Notes under the pieces: model-generated
The model's input: only the letters and a program-made list of their open reading frames with translations
Database searches by the model: none
Told to the model about the DNA's origin: nothing
Translations under genes and position numbers: made by a program
DNA from: Dehalococcoidia bacterium
Lineage (GTDB): Bacteria; Chloroflexota; Dehalococcoidia; Plut-88900
Length of the DNA: 64,000 bases
Reading direction: 5' to 3'
Assembly: GCA_965197645.1 (NCBI GenBank)
Contig: OZ240219.1
Location: 544,001-608,000 of the forward strand
Shown: piece after piece, positions 1 through 9,916 of the stretch
Numbering within the stretch: position 1 is the stretch's first letter
How the letters are laid out: each line of letters starts with the position of its first letter

Positions 1-480
1 TACCCCGGCGTCTGGTTGGCCCAGCGAGTCCTTAACACGCTGCGACGCCGCTCCCGCTGGGAGTCCAACCAGACCCTCGGCGCTATGGAAACTGACATCT
101 TCGTTATTGATCTCCAGGTATACGGGAGACCCGGCCTTACCTGTGATTACCAGGGCATCGAAGGGCATGCGGGTCAGTTCCTGAGCCGCAGGGCCCGAGG
201 AGAGGGAGTCGCCTATGAATCCGGTCAACGGGGACTTGCAGGCAACGGCGAACTTGCTGGAGGCGGCGACGCTGGTGCCGCATAGCGGCCCGCTGGTGAA
301 GATGATGGGGCTATCGGCCGAGTACGGGTCGGACTGCCGAGGAGAATGGGTGAGGAGCAGCCCTATCCCAAGTCCAACGCCCCCCAAAAGTCGCCACAGC
401 AGACCCGGGTCCAGGGGGTCTATTCGCGCTTGCTGAGAGGTCAAGTCCACGTAGAGCGCGCTGCCGTGATATCCGTACAA
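1..480 (-). CDS. Aldehyde:ferredoxin oxidoreductase (AOR/WOR family), N-terminal part, runs off window edge
   Basis: Not in ORF track. Manual translation from TTG at 480 (GGAGG RBS upstream): MYGYHGSALYVDLT...LLGGVGLG...PIIFTSGPLCGT...SKFAVACKSPLTGFIGDSLSSG...FDALVITGKA, typical of the AOR N-terminal domain. Confidence 0.9.
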   Translation of the reverse strand, partial: MYGYHGSALYVDLTSQQARIDPLDPGLLWRLLGGVGLGIGLLLTHSPRQSDPYSADSPIIFTSGPLCGTSVAASSKFAVACKSPLTGFIGDSLSSGPAAQELTRMPFDALVITGKAGSPVYLEINNEDVSFHSAEGLVGLPAGAASQRVKDSLGQPDAGV

Positions 481-542
481 AGGGGTCCTCCCAGGCTGGC
501 GGGACAGCTATTATCTCCGTCGCCGATGACGGCCGTGCGGCG

Positions 543-1157
543 CTAGTCCTCTTCGTCGATCTGGGCCTGAAGAGCCAGCGCCTGGTCCAGGTCTTCCTGA
601 GTGTTCACGTTGAAGAAGCTCAGATATTCTGGATCGAAGGCCTCGATATCATCTTCCTCCAGGTAGCCCACGTTCACATCATCGAAGAACTTGGCTATTT
701 TCAGGTCACCGACCTTGAGATGGGATTCGATGGGCGCAAGGCAGTTCCTAGAATAGATGGCGTGGGTTGGCTCGGGACGGCCCTTGACCATGGGTACGAC
801 GGCATCGTAATCCGAGGCGATGTCCATCATAAACCGGAGCAACTCTACATTGATGAAGGGCATGTCCACCCCCACCACCACTCCATACTCGCCGTTGGCC
901 GCGGAGAGCCCGGTGAATATGCCGCCCAAAGACCCGCAGCCGGGGTAGAGGTCGGATTCGGTCCGGACCCAGGGCGGCAGAGAAAGGGCCTCGGCCTTGC
1001 TCTCCTCGGCCACGATGACGACGGTCTCGGATGTGATCTGAGAAAGGCGCTGTATCACCCTCTCGATGAGGGTCTGGCCACCCAGGTCCTCGATGGCCTT
1101 GTTCCTCCCGAGGCGCTTGCTCTGGCCACCCGCCAGGACCACGCCGCTTAGCTGCAT
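543..1157 (-). CDS. mobA: Molybdenum cofactor guanylyltransferase
   Basis: VLAGGQSKRLGRNKA, GSLGGIFTGL, DMPF, EPTHAIY, FFNVNT motifs. Confidence 0.92.
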   Translation of the reverse strand: MQLSGVVLAGGQSKRLGRNKAIEDLGGQTLIERVIQRLSQITSETVVIVAEESKAEALSLPPWVRTESDLYPGCGSLGGIFTGLSAANGEYGVVVGVDMPFINVELLRFMMDIASDYDAVVPMVKGRPEPTHAIYSRNCLAPIESHLKVGDLKIAKFFDDVNVGYLEEDDIEAFDPEYLSFFNVNTQEDLDQALALQAQIDEED

Positions 1158-1302
1158 CCGTCCCCTCCCTGTAGGTCGGTCAAAGAAATTATAACTTCCG
1201 AACCCATCGCGGGCAATTACTATAACGTCTTCCCATGATCGACGGATGTGTCTGATATACTGTAATCCGTTTCACTTCGCTCCAGGACTGGCGCCTCTTT
1301 CA

Positions 1303-1923
1303 ATGCCCTCACCCATTCTCATAACCGTCTACTCCGACTACATCTGACCCTGGTGCTACATCACGGCCGTGCGCCTGGAGAAGGTGATGGAGAGGCATGA
1401 TGATCGGGTGGAGCTCCGCTGGAAGAGCTACGCCCTTGTCATGGGCCGGATAGAGCCCCAACCGATAACCGCCCATAGCCGGGAGGGCAGGCGGGAGGCC
1501 TCGAGAGCCGAGCCTGATGCTCTCTTCCAACCCTGGGACGAGTCCAAGCTCTACGTCAACTCCAGTCTCCCCGCCCTGGAAGCCGCCAAGTGTGCTCAGC
1601 TCCAGGGTCCCGACGCCTTTCGAGCGTACAACCCGGCCCTTTTCCGAGGTTTCTTCTCCGAAAGCAGGGACATCAGCGATCCGGCGGAGCTGATTAGTAT
1701 CGCCGGGCGCGCCGGGCTGGACGAGACCCGTTTCGAGAGCGATCTGAAGAGCGCAAAGCAAAGGGTGGCGGTGATACAGGAGCATCTGGAGCTGCTGTCC
1801 GAGTATGGTCAAGCGGCGTCCGGCGTGCCGATGATCATCGTTGACGGCCTGGAGCCGATAGTGGGCGCCGCCTCGGCGGACATCATCTCGCGTGTGGTGG
1901 ACCGGGCGCTGGAGCGCCGGTGA
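1303..1923 (+). CDS. DsbA/FrnE-like thioredoxin-fold protein, probable selenoprotein (UPWC)
   Basis: ATG 1303 gives MPSPILITVYSDYI-TGA(1345-1347)-PWCY, in frame with track ORF 1369..1923; matches the family motif SDxxCPWCY; C-terminal SGVPMIIV cis-Pro loop. Confidence 0.85.
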
Positions 1924-1927
1924 GCCG

Positions 1928-2236
1928 ATGACGGTAATGCGAGTGTTCATATTGACGCCCCTGCAGAGCCAGGAGGCGCCCGTCTCCAATCTGCTGAACG
2001 CCCTGGATGGCGTTTTCGCCGGGCTGGAGGGCTACGTACTGGGGCTGCAGTTCACCGGCATCGATGACTCGCCGGAGGTGGGGCGGATATTCGTCTGGGA
2101 CAACCGGGAAACGGCGGACCGGGGAGAAGCCTCGGCGGAAGCTACATCGATCTTCCAGAGGCTTGCAGAGCTGTCCCAAAGCGGGGCCACGGAGACCACT
2201 TACCAGCTCCTGGGGTACGCCCTCAAGCCCCGCTAG
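1928..2236 (+). CDS. Small ABM (antibiotic biosynthesis monooxygenase)-like dimeric alpha/beta barrel protein
   Basis: About 100 aa directly after the DsbA-like gene; GLEGYV...GRIFVWDNRETAD pattern resembles ABM-fold proteins. Start chosen at ATG 1928. Confidence 0.5.
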   Translation: MTVMRVFILTPLQSQEAPVSNLLNALDGVFAGLEGYVLGLQFTGIDDSPEVGRIFVWDNRETADRGEASAEATSIFQRLAELSQSGATETTYQLLGYALKPR

Positions 2237-2316
2237 TCCGGGCCGAGTATTGCCAACCAGCAAGGCTAAATGTTATATTGTGCACTACATCACATATTCA
2301 AGGCGGAGGGGACTGA

Positions 2317-2529
2317 GTGGAACAGGCAACTTTTCCAAAGTGTCAGAATTGCCAGGAGGGGGATCTCTTACCCCTATCGGACTTCGGAAGCCAGGGGGCT
2401 GCTATTCACTATAAGGCATGGGTATGCAGCAACCCGTCTTGCGGTTACAACTTGAAAATTCGCAACGGGGACGTGTTCATAAACGAGCCGATTGGCAGCG
2501 GAGTAGGCCACACCCAGCGCATTAGATAG
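2317..2529 (+). CDS. Small putative zinc-ribbon protein
   Basis: CQNC and CSNPSC Cys pairs; strong GGAGGGG RBS before GTG. Confidence 0.7.
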   Translation: MEQATFPKCQNCQEGDLLPLSDFGSQGAAIHYKAWVCSNPSCGYNLKIRNGDVFINEPIGSGVGHTQRIR

Positions 2530-2638
2530 ACCAGACCGGACCACCAGAGATTGGGTCCGGCGTTACAATAACCTGCTCTGGGGACATGTCGGAGGTGGCC
2601 CGGTAGCCTCCCCCATACAGGATGCCGGTGTCAGGCGG

Positions 2639-3436
2639 ATGAGATTTAGCTCGTCAACGGTGCTAAAGAGCAGGCGGCTCTCCAGGTCCTACGGCTACTC
2701 TCTGATACTCATCGGCGTCATCCTCCTGGCCGCATCTGGTGCATACTTCATATACTCCCAGATGGCTCAGGCGGAGCTTGAGAACGACAACGTTTCGGTC
2801 CCCCTGCAGCAGTCTGATCTCCCCACCGGCTTCCAGCGGGTCGATCCCGATGGGGGGGCCATACTAGACACATCCGATGGAGCCGAACAAGGCGATCAAT
2901 GGCCCATCCCAACCACCGATCAGTACGCCCCTGTAGAGTGGGCGTCTCTCCCGGGAACGATAGGTGCCCTGCCCCGGGCGACCCGTCTCTCCATACCCGC
3001 CATCGACGTTAGCTCTCCCATCGTAGACCTGAAGACGGTTTGGGAGGACGGGAACCTGGTCTGGAAAAGACCGGTGAACGCCGTCGGTCACCACCATGGT
3101 ACTCCCCATCCCGGCGAGGCGGGCAACATAGTCATGTCCGGTCACCGCAGCAGTCTATTTCAAGGGGAGGGAGCGGTGTTCCGTCGGCTCGGCGAGGTGC
3201 CCCACCTGCTTCGAGGCGCCCAGCCCGACACCAACGCCATCGACATCTTCCTACATACCCACGAGAAGGTATACGTCTACCGGATCGTAAGCACCCGGGT
3301 GGTGGAGCCCGAGCAGGTGGACGTTTTCAGATACACTCCCGAGCCGACCCTCACCCTGATAACCTGCACTCCGGACTTGGTCTACAGTCACCGGCTCATC
3401 GTGACCGCCATACTGATCGCCACGGTATCCGCCTGA
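2639..3436 (+). CDS. Sortase (class D/E-like)
   Basis: N-terminal TM helix, LSIPAI, GNIVMSGHR (His), TLTLITC (Cys), HRLIV (Arg). Confidence 0.88.
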   Translation: MRFSSSTVLKSRRLSRSYGYSLILIGVILLAASGAYFIYSQMAQAELENDNVSVPLQQSDLPTGFQRVDPDGGAILDTSDGAEQGDQWPIPTTDQYAPVEWASLPGTIGALPRATRLSIPAIDVSSPIVDLKTVWEDGNLVWKRPVNAVGHHHGTPHPGEAGNIVMSGHRSSLFQGEGAVFRRLGEVPHLLRGAQPDTNAIDIFLHTHEKVYVYRIVSTRVVEPEQVDVFRYTPEPTLTLITCTPDLVYSHRLIVTAILIATVSA

Positions 3437-3669
3437 GCCGTGCTTGGACGCAAGCAAACCTTCATGGCCGCTCCCCTTGGACAGCGGGGTTACCTTGCAA
3501 TGGAGGGGAGTCCGGCGGTAGGAAAAGAGCTTAAGGGATGAAATTCTTCCGCAATCAGAGCAAAACTACCCTCCAGACCCCCTCCATGCATGGCGGTGAA
3601 GCTGCCGGAGCCATCGTGGTAGGCGATGGTATGAACCTATCCTCTGAGGTGGTGCGACAGGCTGAAAAA

Positions 3670-3698
3670 TTGCACCCCATATACCCAGATGCTATAAT
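3670..3698 (+). promoter_or_regulatory. Sigma70-type promoter of rph operon
   Basis: TTGCAC-17 nt-TATAAT with TG extended -10, about 37 nt before rph. Confidence 0.65.
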
Positions 3699-3735
3699 TC
3701 GTGGGTTTGCAGCCGGCGGTTGGCGGGAATAGAAA

Positions 3736-4479
3736 TTGGTCGTCAGAGTCGATGGAAGAGGACCTAACGATCTCCGCCCGGTGAGGATAAAGAAGGGGAT
3801 TCAAGCCTTCGCGGAAGGCTCGGCAATGATAACCCAGGGCCGGACGAGGGTCCTTTGCACCGTAAGCGTGGAGAACAAAGTCCCGCCTTTTCTCCGTGGC
3901 CAGGGACGAGGATGGGTTACCGCAGAGTACGGCATGTTGCCCAGGGCGACCCCAGAACGCACCCCTCGGGAGGCGGCCCGAGGAAGGCAGAGCGGCCGCA
4001 GCCTGGAGATCCAGCGGCTCATCGGCAGGTCCCTCAGGGCGGTTATGGACCTGGAGATGTTGGGAGAACGTACCCTGACCGTGGACTGCGATGTCCTACA
4101 AGCCGATGGTGGCACCCGGACCGCTTCCATAACGGGCGCCTACGTGGCCCTGCATGAGGCGGTAATGGCCCTGGGCATAGGAGGCGATAAGTCTCCCATT
4201 ATCGGAGCGGTTGCCGGCGTCAGCGCCGGAATTGTGGACGGCACCACGCTGTTGGACCTGTGCTACGCCGAAGACTCCCGGGCAGAGTTGGACTTCAACG
4301 TGGTAATGACCGACAAGGACGAGCTTGTCGAGGTCCAGGGAACGGCGGAGGGGAAGCCCTTTTCCAGGGCGGATATGGACTCGATTCTCGAGCTAACAGG
4401 CGCAGGACTGAAACGGCTTTTCGATCTGCAGAAGCAGTCCATCGGCGCGGCCCTGTCCCCCGGCCAGACTGCTCCCTAG
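3736..4479 (+). CDS. rph: Ribonuclease PH
   Basis: RVDGR...[44 protein letters not shown]. Confidence 0.97.
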   Translation: MVVRVDGRGPNDLRPVRIKKGIQAFAEGSAMITQGRTRVLCTVSVENKVPPFLRGQGRGWVTAEYGMLPRATPERTPREAARGRQSGRSLEIQRLIGRSLRAVMDLEMLGERTLTVDCDVLQADGGTRTASITGAYVALHEAVMALGIGGDKSPIIGAVAGVSAGIVDGTTLLDLCYAEDSRAELDFNVVMTDKDELVEVQGTAEGKPFSRADMDSILELTGAGLKRLFDLQKQSIGAALSPGQTAP

Positions 4480-4531
4480 CTCCCTCGTCTCATCTTCACG
4501 TGATTGACGGCTTTCAACTACACGCAAGTCT

Positions 4532-5485
4532 ATGAAAGTTACCGAAATTTTCCACCGCAGAGCCGCCAACGGGAAGCCCCCCAGCGCCCATCCCACCTCT
4601 GCCATGATTCGCCATCTTGGTAAGGGCATAGTCCGCGATTTTCTCACCTTCAACGTACCCCACATGGCCGCGTCCATCGCCTTCTGGGGCTTCTTCTCAA
4701 TCTTCCCCATGGTGCTGGCAATAGTGCTGCTCACTAGCAGCTTTCTCTCGTATGACAGCTTCATCGAGACTCTAAGTGATAACGTTCCCGTCTCCGACAA
4801 GGAGTTCATCCGGGACACGTTGGAAGGCGTCACCGAAAACTGGCCCTACACCGGATTAGTGTCTGTCATCGGTCTGGTATGGGCTTCTCTGGCCGTATTC
4901 TCCGCTGTCAGGAAGGGGATGAATGCCGCCTGGGGGGTAACCAGGGCTAGGCCGTTCTTCAGGGAGCGCCTGATCGATTTTAGCTTGATGATGGGCGCCT
5001 GGCTAACCTTCGTAGCCTCGGTAGCCATAACCCCAGTCCTGGAGTTCACCAGGAACGCCCCGCACGTGGGCCGGTTCTTTACGTGGGAGGGGTACTGGGA
5101 GTTGTTCCGGATATTACTCCCTCTGGTCCTGACTACCTTCGTTTTCATGTTCCTGTATCGTTTCGTGCCGAACACCCAGGTGCGGTGGCGAGACGTGTGG
5201 GTCGGTGCGCTGCTCGCCGCTGTATCCTTCGAGGTGTTGCGCCACGGCTTCGTGTGGTATGTCGGAATGTTCTCCGTCTACCACCTGGTCTACGGCACCG
5301 CGGCGACCATGGTGGTGCTGCTGGCCTGGGTCTACTTCTCGGGCGTGGTCCTCCTTTTCGGGGCCGTCGTAGCATCCCGGATGAACAAGCTGAGGAGAAT
5401 GAGGGAGTTGAACGGCTCCACCCACATCGCCTCGTCCCACTTGGACGTGGATATGCTGATCCTCACGAAGACGAAGGATGGGTAG
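4532..5485 (+). CDS. YihY/BrkB family membrane protein
   Basis: AASIAFWGFFSIFP, LYRFVPN...W..VWVGA, YG...VLLAWVY motifs; multiple TM helices. Confidence 0.9.
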   Translation: MKVTEIFHRRAANGKPPSAHPTSAMIRHLGKGIVRDFLTFNVPHMAASIAFWGFFSIFPMVLAIVLLTSSFLSYDSFIETLSDNVPVSDKEFIRDTLEGVTENWPYTGLVSVIGLVWASLAVFSAVRKGMNAAWGVTRARPFFRERLIDFSLMMGAWLTFVASVAITPVLEFTRNAPHVGRFFTWEGYWELFRILLPLVLTTFVFMFLYRFVPNTQVRWRDVWVGALLAAVSFEVLRHGFVWYVGMFSVYHLVYGTAATMVVLLAWVYFSGVVLLFGAVVASRMNKLRRMRELNGSTHIASSHLDVDMLILTKTKDG

Positions 5486-5492
5486 CAAACAG

Positions 5493-6569
5493 ATGAGGGG
5501 CTGGAGCCTGCTGGCAATAGCTTTGACGCTGGCCCTGGTCACCTCCGCCTGCATCAGGTCTTCCGGTAGCACAACACCGGTATCGAACCCGACTGAGACT
5601 GCGCCAACCCCGGCCATCTCCGGCGCCCGGAACGTGGTCCCTTCGGTGGCCGACATGGTCGAGCTGGCCATGCCGGCTGTCGTCTCCATTACGACAGGCT
5701 CCCTGGAGCTGAGCCTCTTCCTGGAACTGGTACCACAGAACGATGGCGCCGGTTCAGGCGTCCTGATCGATCCCGATGGATTCATCCTCACCAACGACCA
5801 TGTGCTCTCCGACGCCCGACGTATACAGGTCACCCTCACGGATGGTGAGACCTATGACGCCAAGGTGGTCGGCCGAGACCCCTTCACGGACCTGGCAGTG
5901 ATAAAGATAGACGGGGAGGACTTCCCCTGGCTTCCCTTCGGCGACAGCCAGATGCTGCGCGTAGGCGATCCGGTGATAGCCATAGGTCATGCCCTGGCCC
6001 TGGAGGGCAGCCCCACGGTGACCTCAGGCGTGATCAGCGCACTGGACAGAACGGTCCGGCTGTCACCGACGGAGCCGGCGTTGCAGGGACTGGTCCAGAC
6101 CGATGCGTCTATCAATCCGGGCAACAGCGGAGGACCGCTGCTCAACCTAACCGGCGAGGTGATCGGTATCAATACGGCCATAGATAGCCAGATACCGGGG
6201 ATCGGTTTCGCCATAGGCCCGGATACTCTTTCATCGGTTGTAGACCAGCTGAAGACTAATGGCAGGATCATTCGGGGCTACATGGGGGTGCATCTCGCTA
6301 CGGTTACTCCCACCCTTTCCAGCCGCTTCGGCCTCATCGTGACTGAGGGTGTCCTGATTATCGACGTGCTGCCCGGCACACCGGCCTACGACGCCGGGTT
6401 GCGGCCCCTGGACGTGATCACCACCTTCGACAGCACGCCCATCACCACCCATGAGGAGATGATCCGCATGATCCGGGACCACACTATCGGGGAACAGCTG
6501 GAGGTGATCTACATCCGGGCCGGCCATGAGCTCACGGCCAACGTTACCCTGATAGAGCGCCCGCGCTGA
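5493..6569 (+). CDS. HtrA/DegP-like serine protease with PDZ domain, probable lipoprotein
   Basis: LTNDHV, DLAVIK, INPGNSGGPL catalytic triad motifs; lipobox-like LVTSAC. Confidence 0.92.
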   Translation: MRGWSLLAIALTLALVTSACIRSSGSTTPVSNPTETAPTPAISGARNVVPSVADMVELAMPAVVSITTGSLELSLFLELVPQNDGAGSGVLIDPDGFILTNDHVLSDARRIQVTLTDGETYDAKVVGRDPFTDLAVIKIDGEDFPWLPFGDSQMLRVGDPVIAIGHALALEGSPTVTSGVISALDRTVRLSPTEPALQGLVQTDASINPGNSGGPLLNLTGEVIGINTAIDSQIPGIGFAIGPDTLSSVVDQLKTNGRIIRGYMGVHLATVTPTLSSRFGLIVTEGVLIIDVLPGTPAYDAGLRPLDVITTFDSTPITTHEEMIRMIRDHTIGEQLEVIYIRAGHELTANVTLIERPR

Positions 6570-6570
6570 T

Positions 6571-9500
6571 CTACCCGGCCGCCTTTACCACTCCCATCAC
6601 CACCTCCGCGCCCGCCAGCTTGTGACTCTCGACGTAGGCTTGGGGCGGTGCATCACCCTCTACCAGCCGGTCCGACAGCGTTTCCTGCCGGATGTAGGCA
6701 TCGAAGGCCCGCACCACCTCACGGGCCTCTGCTCCGCCTCGTATGAAGGTCTCGATGTGGTCTGCTACGTCGAGACCTGCGGACCGGCGCATGGTCTGCA
6801 GCCTGTGCACCACCTCCCTGGCCATTCCCTCCTTCAGCAGCTCATCGGGCACGTCGGTCTCAACGGCCACTACGTAGTCGCCTTCGACGGCAGCTGAGAG
6901 TCCGGATTTGTCCTCTATCTGGACGTTGATCTCACCGGGCTCTAGAAGATAGTCGCCGATCTGGACCTGCTCCCGGGACCTGACTTTCCTCGCCACCTCG
7001 GTTGGAGACAGCTCCGCCATACCTGCGGCTATCTCCCGCACGCCTTTGCCGTACTTGGGCCCTAGGACAGGGGTGTTGGGCGTCACCGAATAGTCCACCA
7101 AACTCTCTTCATTGGCTGCCAGCTCCAGCTCTTTGACGTTCAGCTCCTCGGACACCTGGCTGAAAAGCCGACGCAGCACATCCGCTTCCCCCTGATTTCT
7201 GGGCTTCACTTTGACCTTGGCCAGGGGCTGGCGCACCCGGATGTTGGCCCTGCTCCGTGCGGCTCTACCCATGCTGCAGACCCGCATCACCAGCCGGATC
7301 TCTTCGTTCAGGGTATCGTCTACCAAAGCCTGGTCGGCGACGGGGTACTCGGCGAGGTGGACGCTCTCCGGCGCATCCGGATCAACGGAGCACACCAGGT
7401 TCCGGTACATCGCTTCGGCGGTAAACGGGGTAAAGGGGGCCAACAGCTTGGATAGCGTCACCAGGCAGTGATAGATGGTGGAGTAGGCGGAAAGCTTGTC
7501 GGCGTCGTTTTCGCTTTTCCAGAACCGACGCCGGCTGCGGCGTACGTACCAGTTGGACAGACCGTCCACGAAGGCCTCTATCTTGCGTCCTGCGTCCGTT
7601 GGCTGGTAGCCCTCCAGGTCTCGGGTCACCTCCGACACCAAACGGTTCAGCTCGGAAATCAGCCACCTGTCCAGCTCGGACGACGGGTCTGCAGCACCAT
7701 TGGAGCCGGGATCGTACCCATCTATGTTGGCGTAGGTAACGAAGAAGGAGTAGGTGTTCCAGAGGGTCAGCATGAACTTGCGCAGCGTTTCCCCCACCAG
7801 CTGCTCCGAGAACCTGCGGGAGTTGCCGGGCGGCGAGGTGGTGTACAGGTACCAGCGGAGGGCATCGGCTCCCTGGTTGTCCAGCACAGACCACGGGTCC
7901 ACCACGTTGCCCTTGGACTTGCTCATCTTCTCGCCGCCTTGGTCGAGGATGTGGCCCAGGCAGATCACGTTTTTGAAGCAGGGCTCGGCGAAGATCAGCG
8001 ACGAGATGGCATGCAGGCTATAGAACCATCCTCGGGTCTGGTCCACCGCCTCGCAGATGTAGTCGGCGGGATGCCGGCCATCCTCCCTGACGGTGGGGTT
8101 TTCGAAGGGATAGTGGTACTGGGCCAGCTGCATGGCGCCGGAGTCGAACCAAACGTCCAGCACCTCGGGAATCCGTCGCATGACGCCGTTGCAGCTCGAG
8201 CAGCGGAACTGGACATCGTCCACGTATGGCCGGTGAAGGTCCAGGTCTTCGGGCATCCCCTCTAGACCGGGCTGGGAGCGCAACTCGTCCACGCCGCCGA
8301 TGCACTGGTGATCCTTGCAGGAACCACAGCGCCATATGGGTAGGGGGGTGCCCCAGTACCGCTCTCGGGAGATGGCCCAGTCGACGTTGTTTCTGAGCCA
8401 CTCGCCGAACCGGCCCCACTGGATGTGGGACGGATACCAGTTGATCTTTTCGTTGCCTTCCAGAAGGGCATCGCTGATCTGGGTCGTCCTGATGTACCAG
8501 GAGCTCTTGGCGTAGTAGATCAGGGGAGACGAGCATCGCCAGCAGAAGGGATAGGTGTGCTTGATGTAGGTCTGGCGGAAGAGAAGTCCCCTGGCGGCCA
8601 GATCGTCAACTATGTCCCCGTCTGCGTCCTTGATGAACTTGCCGGTGAAGGGGAACTGGCCGATGATGGCCCCCTGCAGGTCCACGTGCTGGACGAAGAA
8701 CAGGTCGTTGTCGCCGCCGGCCTTGAAGTCGTCATCGCCGAAGGCGGGAGCGATGTGGACAACCCCCGTGCCTTCGTTGAGAGAAACGAAGTCGGCTTCG
8801 ATAACCGAGTATCGTGCCGTACTATCGTGGCTATAGGAACCTCCGCGGTCCATCCGGCCGCCGGTAAACCCTGCGATGCCGGGGACCTTGTAGGACACCG
8901 GGTTGTACAGAGCTTCGTACTGGACGCCGGCGAGGGAGGACCCGGGAAAGGAATCAATTACCTGGTAACCCGGAGACAGCAGGTCCCTGGCGACGGCCTC
9001 AGCGAGGATAAGCCGCTCCGGTATGGCGCCCGGCGTTTTATCCTCGACCAGCACGTACTCGGCATCCGGGGCCACGGCTAATGCGGTGTTTCCCGGCAGC
9101 GTCCACGGGGTGGTGGTCCAGGCCAGTATGTAGGTTGGCAGGGCGGAGCTGGAGACCGCTTCTCGGACCTGACCGGACCCTCCCGGCGCATTGGCATCGA
9201 TCTTGAACTTTACGAATATGGCGATATCGGGGGTGTTCTCCTGGTATCCCAGGGCGACTTCGTGGTCGGAAAGGGAGGTGACGCAGCGGGGACAGTGCCA
9301 GATAGACTTGTAGGACTGCTCGACCAGGTCCCGGTCCCAGACCTGCTTGATTATCCACCACACGGTCTCGATGTAGCTGTTCTCGAAGGTGACGTAAGGG
9401 TGCTCCATGTCCACCCAGAACCCCACCCGGTCCGTCATCTCCTCCCACTCCTTCACGTACCGCATGACGCTCTCTTTGCATGCGGTATTGAAAGCCTCCA

Positions 9501-9858
9501 CACCGTGCTTTTCTATATCTGCTTTTGCGGTGAACCCCAGGCTCTTCTCCACCTCCAGCTCCACGGGCAGGCCGTGGGTGTCCCAGCCCGCCTTGCGGGG
9601 AGCCTGAAAGCCCTGCATGGTCTTGAACCTAGGCATAATGTCCTTGAACACGCGGGACAGGACGTGGTGGATGCCCGGGCTGGCGTTGGCGGTGGGCGGA
9701 CCCTCGTAGAGCAGGTAGATGGGGCTTCCCTCCCGCTCCTCCACCGAGCGTTGGGGAATCCGGTTCTCCTTCCAGAAGGACAGGATGTCGCGCTCCATCT
9801 GGGGAAAGCTCACCTTGGCCGAGACCGGCTTGAATACCTCTGTTTTTTCTGTTGTCAT
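6571..9858 (-). CDS. ileS: Isoleucine--tRNA ligase, type 2 (IleRS2)
   Basis: EGPPTAN..PGIHH, GWDTHGLPVE, WTTTPWTL, DWAISRERYWG, KMSKS; preceded by an Ile T-box. Confidence 0.97.
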   Translation of the reverse strand: MTTEKTEVFKPVSAKVSFPQMERDILSFWKENRIPQRSVEEREGSPIYLLYEGPPTANASPGIHHVLSRVFKDIMPRFKTMQGFQAPRKAGWDTHGLPVELEVEKSLGFTAKADIEKHGVEAFNTACKESVMRYVKEWEEMTDRVGFWVDMEHPYVTFENSYIETVWWIIKQVWDRDLVEQSYKSIWHCPRCVTSLSDHEVALGYQENTPDIAIFVKFKIDANAPGGSGQVREAVSSSALPTYILAWTTTPWTLPGNTALAVAPDAEYVLVEDKTPGAIPERLILAEAVARDLLSPGYQVIDSFPGSSLAGVQYEALYNPVSYKVPGIAGFTGGRMDRGGSYSHDSTARYSVIEADFVSLNEGTGVVHIAPAFGDDDFKAGGDNDLFFVQHVDLQGAIIGQFPFTGKFIKDADGDIVDDLAARGLLFRQTYIKHTYPFCWRCSSPLIYYAKSSWYIRTTQISDALLEGNEKINWYPSHIQWGRFGEWLRNNVDWAISRERYWGTPLPIWRCGSCKDHQCIGGVDELRSQPGLEGMPEDLDLHRPYVDDVQFRCSSCNGVMRRIPEVLDVWFDSGAMQLAQYHYPFENPTVREDGRHPADYICEAVDQTRGWFYSLHAISSLIFAEPCFKNVICLGHILDQGGEKMSKSKGNVVDPWSVLDNQGADALRWYLYTTSPPGNSRRFSEQLVGETLRKFMLTLWNTYSFFVTYANIDGYDPGSNGAADPSSELDRWLISELNRLVSEVTRDLEGYQPTDAGRKIEAFVDGLSNWYVRRSRRRFWKSENDADKLSAYSTIYHCLVTLSKLLAPFTPFTAEAMYRNLVCSVDPDAPESVHLAEYPVADQALVDDTLNEEIRLVMRVCSMGRAARSRANIRVRQPLAKVKVKPRNQGEADVLRRLFSQVSEELNVKELELAANEESLVDYSVTPNTPVLGPKYGKGVREIAAGMAELSPTEVARKVRSREQVQIGDYLLEPGEINVQIEDKSGLSAAVEGDYVVAVETDVPDELLKEGMAREVVHRLQTMRRSAGLDVADHIETFIRGGAEAREVVRAFDAYIRQETLSDRLVEGDAPPQAYVESHKLAGAEVVMGVVKAAG

Positions 9859-9916
9859 TGCTACTGTCCGTTTCCGCTTCTTATAGTTCTCCAGCAAAAC
9901 TGACTACGGTTCGTGG

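Noticed and set aside
16-546. Three short plus-strand ORFs in the track
   Set aside because: They are antisense shadows of the AOR gene on the minus strand.
3538-3732. 64-aa ORF upstream of rph
   Set aside because: No recognisable motif, and it runs through the rph promoter; probably spurious.
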